NCBI GenBank assembly: GCA_963704165.1 | Contig: CAVPHD010000010.1 | Location: 32,001 to 96,000, forward strand | Source: an uncultured delta proteobacterium | Lineage (GTDB): Bacteria > Myxococcota_A > UBA9160 > SZUA-336 | Length of the DNA: 64,000 nt | Direction of reading: 5' to 3' | Shown here: piece after piece, positions 18,393-27,219 of the stretch | Numbering within the stretch: position 1 is the stretch's first letter | Layout: every line of letters starts with the position of its first letter | The notes under the pieces: model-generated | The model's database searches: none | Seen by the model: only the letters and a program-made list of their open reading frames with translations | Told to the model about the DNA's origin: nothing | Made by a program: the position numbers and the translations under genes

Positions 18393-21300
18393 ACCGGCCG
18401 ATTCGCTTCGGCGACTTCGTGCTCGATGCAGCGGCCGGTGAGCTTCGCCGCGAGGGAAGACCCGTGGCGATCGCGCAGAAGCCTTTCGCGATGCTCTGCC
18501 ATCTGGTCGCGAATTCGAATCGTCCCGTCCCCAAGGCGGAGCTCTTCAAGAAGATCTGGCCGAAGGTCGTCGTCAGCGATGCCGCGCTCGATAGCGCGCT
18601 CAAAGATCTTCGCCGTGCGCTCGGAGACGAGGCGGCACACCCCCGGTTCGTGCGCACGGTGCGCGGCCGCGGCATCCGCTTCATCGCAGAGGTCCGCTAC
18701 GGCCCCGGCCCGCGAAAGCGATCGGCGGACGACACGTCGACGGCTGCCGCGCCCGCAACCGCGACCGTCGAGTCGTCGCGCTTCGTCGACCGCGTGCGGG
18801 AGCTTCGCGCGCTGATTCGCTCCGCCGAGGCCGCCGCGCGCGGCCAACCCAGCGTGATCGTGATCGAGGGTGCAGCCGGCGTGGGCAAGACCCGACTCGT
18901 CGAAGAGCTACTTCGCGATCCGGCCAGCGCCGACTTCTCGATCGGACGGGGAAGCTGCCATCCGGATGAGCGCGAACCCTACCACCCGTTCGGCGAGGCC
19001 TTCCGCGATCGACTCCGGCCGGGCGAGACCGAGAGCGGACGACCCGGCGCGGCCGAGGTCGAGTTCCACCGGCTTCTCGATCCGAGCCGCGGCGAACCGC
19101 ACATCGACCCGAGCGAGTGCGCGGACAGCCGCCGCGAACAGTCGGAACTCTACGGTGCGATCTGGCACGTCGTCGCGCGGCTCTCGCGTTCGCACCCGAC
19201 GCTGATCGTGACTCGAGGATCTGCACTACGCGAGCGCGTCGACACTCGACCTGCTCCTCAGCCTGGCGATCGACGTCGCCGACGTGCACGGACCCGATGG
19301 CGTACCGCTCCTGATCCTCGCGACCACGCAACCCGCGAAGCCCGGTACGCGCCTCGACGTGACGCTGCGCAGACTCGAGAAGCAGCGCAGCTACAGCTCG
19401 ATCCGGATCCGAGGTCTGGGCCTGCGCTCGACGCGGGAGTTCGTCGCGGGGATCGCGGGCGCTCGCCCGACCGAGCCGGTCGCGAGGGCGTTTCGCGACG
19501 CCACCGCGGGAAACCCATACCTGTTGACCATGGTGATGCGCCAGTACGGCGAGTCGATCGCCGTGACCGCCGGAATCGATCGCGGCGCTGCGCACCCCGA
19601 TCGTCCATCGGCTCGAGGCTCTCGACGCCGAGTGCCGCCGCATCCTCACGGTGGCGGCGTTCTGCGGCCAGGACTTCGGCCTGATCACGATCAGCGCCGT
19701 CAGCGGGGCGATCTCCGCGAAGACCGCGGCCGCCATCGAAGCCGGCCGTGGCGCTCGGGCTCGTGGTCGGCGGACCGCGGAGATTCCACTTCGAACACGA
19801 TCTCGTGAGGGAGGCGCTGCGCGACGCGACACCCGAAGGCGAGCGCGGCGAAGATCCACCTCGAGCTCGCGAGAGTGCTCGAGGAGCTTCACGGCGGTAC
19901 GTCGAGCGAGCACGCGATCGAGATCGCGCGGCATCTGCTGCTCGCGGGTCCGCACGTCGATCCGTCGCGGCTCGTGCACTTCAGCCCGTCGCGCCGGCGA
20001 CCAGTCCTTCGCGGTCTGCGCCTGGCGGGAGGCGGCGGAATTCTATGAGGCGGCTCTCGGTGCGGAGTCGAAGCTCTCGGGGTCGGAGCGCGCGGATCTT
20101 CACCTGCGGGCGGGGCTCGCGAGGAGCCATGACCTCCAGACCCGGCAGGCGGTCGATCACTTCACGAGTGCCGCGCGCGGTTGTTCAAGTCCGCGGGAGA
20201 TGACTCGGGATTCACCTGGGCGCTGCTCAACGAGACCCATGCGCGCAATTCGCTGACGCCGATCAGGTCTCGCGCGGCCGGCGACCTGCAGCGAACTCGT
20301 GGATCTCTACGCAAAGCTCGGTGAAGGCGAGCCGGGGTTGCGCGGCCGTCTGCTCGCGAGCCTGGCGGCGGCCGCGCGGGCCCTGAGCAGCGACGAACGC
20401 TCCGAGGACTTCGCCGAGCAGGCGCTTGCACTCGGACGCGCGACCGACGACGACGTCGTCTGCTTCCTGGCCTGCGAGCAGCTCGCGCTCACCCGGCACG
20501 CGCGGCTGCGGCTGCGCGACTCGCTCGCCGGCTGGCTCGACGCCGCCGCGTACGCGCGCAGGTCCCGCGACCCGTGGCTGCAGTCGGTCCCCGGTCCGAT
20601 GATCACGCTCGCGCTGCTGCAGCTCGGTCGCTTCAGCGAGGCGCGGACCGCCGCGCGCGAGGCGGAAAAGCTGGCTCGAAACGCGCGAAACCGCGCCTCC
20701 CTCGCGCTGGTCCTGGCTCTACAAGGAGCGCTCGAGCTGGCGAGCGGAGACCTCGACGGCGCAGACGAGCGAATCCGCGAGTCGCACTACACCTCCGAGT
20801 TCTCGCGCGATACCTGGGGCCGGATCGTCACCGACGTCGTCCGATCCTGCAGCGCCTGCCACCGCGGCCGCTGGAACGATGCCGAGGCCGCGGTGTCGGA
20901 GCTCGCGAGCGGAGGTCACGCCTATGGCGAGGGCGGAAAGCTCGGGCCGCTTCCGGTCGCGTCGATGCGCCAGCTCTTGCTCGCGTATCGCGCCCCCGAC
21001 GAGGTCGACCGCGACGAGTTCGCCGCTCTGGTGAGCCGTGCGCTGGCGGAGGGGGTGCGAGGCCAGCAACTGACCGCCCTCTCGAGGCTCTCGGAAGTCG
21101 CGGTCCTTCTCGGATCTCCCGAGCAGAGCCGGGCGCTCGAGAGCCAGCTCGAGGTCGCGCACGCGCAGGGATTCGTCTTCATTGGCGCGAGCGCCGTGCT
21201 TCTGCCGCGGCTGCTCGCGGGCACGGCATCACTCGATGGCCGGCTGGACCAGGCCGAGACCTACTTCGTCGAGGCGCTCCAGAAGGCGCGACTGGCGGGC

Positions 21301-21498
21301 GCCCGGATCGAGCTCGCCTTCACGCTGATCGATCGCGCGGGAATGCGCCTGCGCCACCGGGGGGCCGCCGCACGAGATCTCGAGCAGGCGCGCACGGACG
21401 TCGCCGAAGCCGCTTCGATCGCGCGCGACCTCGGGCTCGACCAGATCGAGCGCACGGCGAAGGAACTCGCTCGCGGGCTCGCCGTCCGCGTCCGTTAG
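18302..21498 (+). CDS. winged-helix (OmpR/CadC-type) + AAA/STAND ATPase + helical-repeat transcriptional regulator, multiply frameshifted
   Basis: FGDFVLD..LFKKIWP..LRRALGD..FVRTVRGRGIRF; Walker A GAAGVGKT; Walker B LIVLEDLH across a shift at 19211; TAGNPY; FEHDLVRE; Ala-rich helical C-terminus. About seven frame changes between 19211 and 20295; start uncertain. Confidence 0.75.
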
Positions 21499-21598
21499 CT
21501 TCGGCGCAATCCCCGGAAAATCCCCAACTCGAAGCTCTCAGTGATCGTACTGTGGTGAGTGGAATCGAGACCCATCGGTTTCAGGGAGGGGAAGGGAA

Positions 21599-21919
21599 AT
21601 GAAGGATCCGATCTCGCAGTACTGTCTGCGGATGCCGCGGCCGGCGTACGACGACGCGCTCGATGTCGCGCTGGTTTTCGGCCTCAGCATGAACCAGTTC
21701 CTCGTCGGCGCGGTTCGACACTACGTACAGACCCAGCTCGAGCAGGAGTCCATCCACACGGCGGTGTCGAAGGTGCGCGAAGCCCGCAAGGCCGGTCTCG
21801 CGCACGGCTTGGTTGCGCAGCTCGCGGGCGGAACGGACACCCGCATCGGCTCGGGCACGCGCCGGAAGCGCGGCGTCTCCGCTTCACCCGAGCCCGACGA
21901 GGCGTCGAAACGCGCGTAG
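21599..21919 (+). CDS. small Arc/HicB-like ribbon-helix-helix protein, paralogue 1
   Basis: QYCLRMPRPAYDDALDVALVFGLSMNQFLVGAV aligns with the Arc pattern (QFNLRWPREVLD..A...GRSVN); strong purine-rich RBS. Confidence 0.7.
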   Translation: MKDPISQYCLRMPRPAYDDALDVALVFGLSMNQFLVGAVRHYVQTQLEQESIHTAVSKVREARKAGLAHGLVAQLAGGTDTRIGSGTRRKRGVSASPEPDEASKRA

Positions 21920-22073
21920 ACGGCGATCTGATATCAACCGATCATTTCGTTCATCGACTCATTCGTGAGTTTCTGAGACGTGATTGACTGATATCATGTA
22001 ACTCACTGCCGTACATCACTTTTTCGTCTCGACCGCTCATGCTTTCTGCGCGCCGGCCGATCCAGAAGCAGAG
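21920..22073. promoter_or_regulatory. AT-rich spacer with repeated palindromic operator-like sites
   Basis: CTGATATCA at 21928-21936 and 21988-21996; ACTCA-N4-TGAGT at 21957-21970; markedly lower GC than the flanking genes. Confidence 0.55.
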
Positions 22074-22337
22074 ATGAGAAAGCACTCGGCAGACTTCACA
22101 GGCCGGCTACCCGCGGACCTCTACCGCGATGCGGTCGATCTCGCGCTCGTGTTCAACCAGAGCCTGAGCGAGTACCTCGCGAGCGCGATCAACGCCTACG
22201 TCGATGCGCAGCTCACGCGGAACGTCGTGCAAACCGCGGTGACGAAGGTCCGCGAAGCCCGCGGAGACGCCGGACCCGCGGACCGCAAGCCGCGCGCCAC
22301 GTCTGCGCGCGTGGCCGGACGGAGCGACAAGGGATGA
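22074..22337 (+). CDS. small ribbon-helix-helix protein, paralogue 2
   Basis: DFTGRLPADLYRDAVDLALVFNQSLSEYLASAINAYVDAQL..TAVTKVREAR aligns without gaps to paralogues 1 and 3. Confidence 0.7.
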   Translation: MRKHSADFTGRLPADLYRDAVDLALVFNQSLSEYLASAINAYVDAQLTRNVVQTAVTKVREARGDAGPADRKPRATSARVAGRSDKG

Positions 22338-22621
22338 AAGCTTCCAAGGGGAGGGGAAAGAAGGTGAAACAGGACAACGTTCAGTACTGCCTGCGCATGA
22401 CGCGGGCCGCCTATGACGATGCACTCGACGTCGCGCTGGTCTTCGACTTGAGCTTGAACCAGTTCTTCCTCGGAGCGATCCGGAGCTATGTCGACTTCCA
22501 GCTCCGCCAGGATGCGACGAAGACGGCCGTCGCGAAGATCCGCGAGGCGAGAAGCGAGGGACTCGCGAGTGGCGGGGCGGATGTCTTCCTCGATGAGCCG
22601 AGGGACCCCGTCTCGAGCTAG
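22334..22621 (+). CDS. small ribbon-helix-helix protein, paralogue 3
   Basis: QYCLRMTRAAYDDALDVALVFDLSLNQFFLGAIRSYVDFQL..TAVAKIREAR; ATGA overlap with paralogue 2 (alternative GTG start near 22364). Confidence 0.7.
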   Translation: MKASKGRGKKVKQDNVQYCLRMTRAAYDDALDVALVFDLSLNQFFLGAIRSYVDFQLRQDATKTAVAKIREARSEGLASGGADVFLDEPRDPVSS

Positions 22622-22648
22622 GCGGGCGCGGCGCCCGCCGAGATCCGG

Positions 22649-23029
22649 TCAGAAGCGAACGCCCGACGTCGCCGCGCGCGGCTCGGCGCTTCGCTCGCTC
22701 TGAATCAGACCGAGCTTCACGAAGACCCGCAGAAACGGATCGGGATCGGCAAATCGGAGCGCGCAGCCATCGGGTGTGGTGCGCACGTACTTCGCGAGCA
22801 TCGAGGCCGGCTGGTTGCCCGGAAACCAGGGCAGCTCGATCCGCACCAGCGTCCCCGGAGTGACCGAGGACCCAGCGACCTCGAGTCGAACGCCGCTGTT
22901 CGAGATGTCCACGATCCAGGCATCGAGCGCGCTATCTCCGATCCGCGCGACGACCTGGATCCGCGCCACGTATCGAGTCGCGACCCGCGGATTCGAGAAT
23001 CCGCCCAGGGTGAAGTCGTCGTTATCCAT
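22649..23029 (-). CDS. single-domain PilZ protein
   Basis: RxxxR (RVATR) and DxSxxG (DISNSG) motifs followed by a beta-rich domain. Confidence 0.75.
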   Translation of the reverse strand: MDNDDFTLGGFSNPRVATRYVARIQVVARIGDSALDAWIVDISNSGVRLEVAGSSVTPGTLVRIELPWFPGNQPASMLAKYVRTTPDGCALRFADPDPFLRVFVKLGLIQSERSAEPRAATSGVRF

Positions 23030-23176
23030 CGCCACCCGCTTCGGCTTCGCGATGGAGTTCTTGAGATTCGAGGCGCATCGCTCACCCTGATCCACCTCAG
23101 TGATCTCACTCCGTCATTCGACAGCGCCTCGCTCACTGTCATCAAGCCGTCGCTCCGCTGCACCGAACCACACGGC

Positions 23177-23515
23177 ATGAACTCGACAGAGGCGGCAGAG
23201 CAGATCGCGAGAGCTCTGAAAACTCGGACCGGAATCACCTACAGCGTGACGGCCGGCCGCGGCACGATGCGCTCGTGGCTGATCATCGACATCGCGGTGG
23301 AGCGGAGATCCCTACCGACGGCAATGGCGGAGCGTGAAGCTCTCGCGCGCTACCTCGGCTTCCCGCGCTGGGACGGAACGATTCTCGTGAAGGGAACCGA
23401 AGATGCACGGCGCGAACACCTTGCGCGAGCTCTCGGCGTCGAGCGATCGGCACCGGACGACTCACTCGCGTCGCTTCTGATGCCGCTCGCCGACGACCCA
23501 GGTCGCGCCACCTGA
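23177..23515 (+). CDS. hypothetical protein
   Basis: 112 aa ATG-initiated ORF with protein-like composition filling the gap between PilZ and the ATPase gene. Confidence 0.55.
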   Translation: MNSTEAAEQIARALKTRTGITYSVTAGRGTMRSWLIIDIAVERRSLPTAMAEREALARYLGFPRWDGTILVKGTEDARREHLARALGVERSAPDDSLASLLMPLADDPGRAT

Positions 23516-23635
23516 TCGGCTTCGCACTCCGTCACTTCATGCAGTGATATCTCTGAGAGTGACTCATCTCAAGTACGCGGGTGCAGGGCCGATCTAGTTC
23601 GCGGAACGCCTGGTTCGGCGTTGGCGAGGGGCGCT

Positions 23636-25279
23636 GTGTCCACGAAGCTCGGACAACTCCTGATCAACGAAGGGGCGATCACCCCGGATCAGCTCGAGCT
23701 CGCACTGGCGGAGCAGAAGCGGGTCGGCGCCAAGCTCGGCACGATCCTCGTCGACCTCGGGCTCGTGAGCGACGACACGATCTCGCGCTCGCTTGCGACG
23801 CAGAACGGTGTCGAGCACGTCGATCTGCTTCGCGAGCGGCCGACGCCCGACGTGCTCGAGCTGGTCTCCCAGCAGCTCGCGAGCGAATGCGAGGTGCTGC
23901 CGCTCCGGGTCGAGCAGTCCGCCCTCGTGCTCGCGATGGCGAACCCGACCGACATCATCGCGATCGACCGCGTCCAGCGCGCCTCGGGCCTCTTCGTTCG
24001 CGCGGTCTCGGCCCCGCGAGGCCGGATTCGCCGCGCGATCGCCTCGTTCTACCGCGGCGGAATGGACGAGGAGCTCGAGGCCGCGATCGAGAACGCCGCC
24101 CGCTCGGTCGGAGGTGAGACCACGAGCGAAGCCGGGGTGATCGCGCTGGTCGAGCGCATTCTGACCTCGGCCATCGCCGAAGAGGCGACCGACGTCCACC
24201 TCGAGCCCGACGAGAAGGTGCTCCGCGTGCGCCTGCGCGTGAACGGCGAGCTGCGGCGCGGGGCGACCCTGCCCGCGATCCTGATGTCGGCCGTCGTCGC
24301 GCGCATCAAGGTGATGGCCGAGCTCGACATCACCGAGACGCGGCTTCCCCAGGACGGCAAGATCCGCTTCGAGGCGGACGGCAAGAAGATCGAGCTTCGC
24401 GTTTCGACCTTTCCGTCGGTTCTCGGCGAGTCCGTGGTGCTGCGCATCCTGGATCCGTCGCGCGCCAATCGCACACTCGAGTCGCTCGGCCTCTCGAAGC
24501 GCGAGGTCGACGTTCTCGAACGCGCGGCCGCGCGGCCCAACGGCCTGGTGCTCGTCACCGGTCCGACGGGATCGGGCAAGACCACGACGCTGTACGGCCT
24601 TCTCCGCGCGGTGAGCACGAGCGAACGCAAGACGATCACGCTCGAGGATCCGGTCGAGTACCAGATGCCGCTCGTCACGCAGTGCCAGATCAACGAACGG
24701 GCGGGGCTCACGTTCGTGACCGGACTGCGCTCGATCCTGCGCCACGACCCCGACGTGATCCTCGTCGGCGAGATGCGCGACGCGGAGACGGCCTCGATCG
24801 CCGTCCGAGCCGCGCTGACCGGTCACCTCGTGCTCTCGACGCTGCACACCAACGACGCCATCCGGTCGCTCGCGCGGCTCCGCGATCTGGGGCTGCCGTC
24901 GTACCTGACGGCGAGCTGCCTCCTGGTCGTCGTCGCGCAACGGCTGGTTCGGCTGCTCTGTCCGGACTGCCGCTTCGCCTGCGAACCGACCGAGTCCGAG
25001 TGCGCCGCGCTCGGACTCTCGCCCACCGACACGCTCTACCGTTCGAAGGGCTGCGATCAGTGCCGGGGTGCGGGCTCGCGTGGACGCGGCGCGCTCTTCG
25101 AGGTGCTCGAAGTCACGTCACCCATCGCACGACTGATCAGCGCGGATGCGAGCAGCGACGAGATCGTCGCGGCCGCGCGTGCGTCCGGATTCGAATCGCT
25201 TCGGGAAGCCGCGCTTCGGCGCGCCCGAGGCGGAGAGATCTCCCCCGAGGAAGTCGGGCGAGTCACGTCGGGGGACTGA
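23636..25279 (+). CDS. gspE: GspE/PilB/MshE family assembly ATPase with N-terminal MshEN-like domain
   Basis: KLGQLLINEGAITPDQLELALAEQ/KLGTILVDLGLV, RLPQDG, GPTGSGKT, TLEDPVE, DPDVILVGEMRD, TGHLVLSTLH and CPDC..CDQC motifs. Confidence 0.92.
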   Translation: MSTKLGQLLINEGAITPDQLELALAEQKRVGAKLGTILVDLGLVSDDTISRSLATQNGVEHVDLLRERPTPDVLELVSQQLASECEVLPLRVEQSALVLAMANPTDIIAIDRVQRASGLFVRAVSAPRGRIRRAIASFYRGGMDEELEAAIENAARSVGGETTSEAGVIALVERILTSAIAEEATDVHLEPDEKVLRVRLRVNGELRRGATLPAILMSAVVARIKVMAELDITETRLPQDGKIRFEADGKKIELRVSTFPSVLGESVVLRILDPSRANRTLESLGLSKREVDVLERAAARPNGLVLVTGPTGSGKTTTLYGLLRAVSTSERKTITLEDPVEYQMPLVTQCQINERAGLTFVTGLRSILRHDPDVILVGEMRDAETASIAVRAALTGHLVLSTLHTNDAIRSLARLRDLGLPSYLTASCLLVVVAQRLVRLLCPDCRFACEPTESECAALGLSPTDTLYRSKGCDQCRGAGSRGRGALFEVLEVTSPIARLISADASSDEIVAAARASGFESLREAALRRARGGEISPEEVGRVTSGD

Positions 25280-25283
25280 GGGG

Positions 25284-26468
25284 GTGCAGCGCTTCAGCTT
25301 CTCCGCGGTGGATGCGGCCGGCGCGCGCCGCACGGGTGTGCTGGTCGCGAGCGACGATCACGAGATCGACCGGACGCTCTCGAACCGCGGCCTGGTGCTC
25401 ATCCGCGCGAGGGCGCTGCGCGGAACGCGCCGCGTGTCGGGCCGCGTGATCAGCGATTTCTTCTACCACCTCGGCGTGCTCGTCGGGGCCGGCGTCCCGA
25501 TCGCGAGGGGCCTGCACGACCTGCACGAGGACGAGGCGAATCCGATGTCCGTCGAGATCGCCGAGATCGCACGGCGCGTCGAGACTGGGGCGACGCTCTC
25601 CGACGCCCTCGCTCAGCAGCCGAAGCTCTTCTCCCCGCTGATGCTCGCGGTCGTCCGCGCCGGGGAACAGACGGGAAAGCTCGACGTGGTGCTTCGCAAC
25701 CTGGTCGCGTACCTCGAGTGGCGAGAGGAGCTCGGCCGGCAGGTGCGATCCGCGATGGTGTACCCGGCGATCGTCGGCGTCGGCGTGATCGGGCTCTGCG
25801 CGCTGCTCGCGCTCTTCGTCCTGCCGCGATTCGTCGGCATCTTCCTGGAGCTTCGCGTCGAGATCCCCCTGCCCTTGCGCGTGATCGTCTGGACCCAGGA
25901 AGCGGTCTTCGCGTACTGGTTCTGGATCCTGCTCGTGATCCTGTCGCTCGGGTCGGCGCTCATCGTCTGGCAGCGCACCGAGCACGGTCGCCGCGTCCGC
26001 GACCGAACGGCGCTCCGGATTCCGCTCGTCCGCACGCTCGTGGTCGGGCTCGACATGTCGCGGCTCTGCCACAACCTGGGCCTGCTCTACGCGGCCGGCC
26101 TGCCGATCCTCGACGCGCTCTCGATCACCGCCGACATCGTGCAGAACCGCGTGATCCGCGACGTGATTTCGAACGCGCGCGAGAAGGTGACCCGCGGCTC
26201 CGGGCTGGTCGACGCGCTGCGCGCCCCGGGCGTGATGCCGCCAATGGTGCTGCGCATGCTCGGCGTCGGCGAATCGACGGGCGACATCGACGCCTCTCTC
26301 GGGCGCGCCGCGGTCTTCTACGAGCGCGAAGTCCCGGCCGTGATCGATCGCACGATCGCGCTCTTCAACGCCGCCGTGATCTTCGCGCTCGGCGCGGTGC
26401 TGCTGACGATCATCCTCTCCTTCTTCGCGCCGCTCTACGAGGCGATGGGGAACCTCAATGCCGGCTGA
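25284..26468 (+). CDS. gspF: GspF/PilC family inner-membrane platform protein
   Basis: AGVPI, AGEQTGKLD, AMVYP, AAGLPILDAL, VGESTGDID and FAPLY motifs; GTG start just after the ATPase stop. Confidence 0.9.
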   Translation: MQRFSFSAVDAAGARRTGVLVASDDHEIDRTLSNRGLVLIRARALRGTRRVSGRVISDFFYHLGVLVGAGVPIARGLHDLHEDEANPMSVEIAEIARRVETGATLSDALAQQPKLFSPLMLAVVRAGEQTGKLDVVLRNLVAYLEWREELGRQVRSAMVYPAIVGVGVIGLCALLALFVLPRFVGIFLELRVEIPLPLRVIVWTQEAVFAYWFWILLVILSLGSALIVWQRTEHGRRVRDRTALRIPLVRTLVVGLDMSRLCHNLGLLYAAGLPILDALSITADIVQNRVIRDVISNAREKVTRGSGLVDALRAPGVMPPMVLRMLGVGESTGDIDASLGRAAVFYEREVPAVIDRTIALFNAAVIFALGAVLLTIILSFFAPLYEAMGNLNAG

Positions 26469-27219
26469 TCGCTCGCAGGCGGGCTTCTCGCTGATCGAGA
26501 TCATCGTCGCCGTGGCGATCCTCGCGATTCTCGCGGGAGCGACCGCGCCGCTCGTGGTGCGGAACATGACGGCCGCGCGGCGAGACGAGACGACCGTCCG
26601 GCTGCGCCGGCTCGTGGACGGAATGGTCGGCGATCCCGGCGCGGGACGCTTCGGCTACCTCGGCGACATGGGCAATCTGCCGCCGACGCTCACCGACCTC
26701 TGGGTCCGGGGCACGCAGCCGGCATTCGCGATCTCGGCCTGGGGATACGGCGCCGGCTGGGCCGGTCCGTACGTGCAGCAGACGCAGCCGCTCGCCGACC
26801 TGACGCAGGACGCGTGGGGCGTCGCGCTGCAGTACGTCGCGGGAACCGCGCGCGTCACGAGCGCGGGCGAGGATCACCTCTTCGGCACCGCCGACGACCT
26901 GATCTATCCCGCGGCGGCGCCGCCGACCACGGGTGGGCTGACGCTCACGGTGCTCGGCATTCCGAACACGAATCCGGCGGCGACGGTCGTGCTCGGCTCG
27001 GCCGAGGCGAGCCCGCTGATCGCGCTCACCGCGAACGGCACGCTCTCGACTTCGGCCCTCGCCGGCGTCGGACCGTTCTTCAGCGCGACACCCGTCCCGA
27101 TCGGCGTGCACGCTCTGACCGTGACGGGGATCGGAACCTATGCCGGCGCCTCGGCGACCTCGGTTCTCACGATCCACGCCGGAAACAACGCATCAACCGT
27201 CACCCTGGTGCAGCCGTGA
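26458..27219 (+). CDS. type IV prepilin/pseudopilin (GspG-like) with C-terminal beta extension
   Basis: Cleavage motif AG|FSLIEIIVAVAIL; GWAGPY, DAWG and SAGED..FGTADD motifs. Confidence 0.85.
   Translation: MPADRSQAGFSLIEIIVAVAILAILAGATAPLVVRNMTAARRDETTVRLRRLVDGMVGDPGAGRFGYLGDMGNLPPTLTDLWVRGTQPAFAISAWGYGAGWAGPYVQQTQPLADLTQDAWGVALQYVAGTARVTSAGEDHLFGTADDLIYPAAAPPTTGGLTLTVLGIPNTNPAATVVLGSAEASPLIALTANGTLSTSALAGVGPFFSATPVPIGVHALTVTGIGTYAGASATSVLTIHAGNNASTVTLVQP

Noticed and set aside
21599..22621. HicAB or other type II toxin-antitoxin modules
   Set aside because: All three small genes are paralogues of each other; no toxin-like ORF is adjacent.
21500..23600. CRISPR array, prophage or IS element in the lower-GC patch
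   Set aside because: Repeats are 7-12 bp and irregularly spaced; no cas, integrase or transposase genes.
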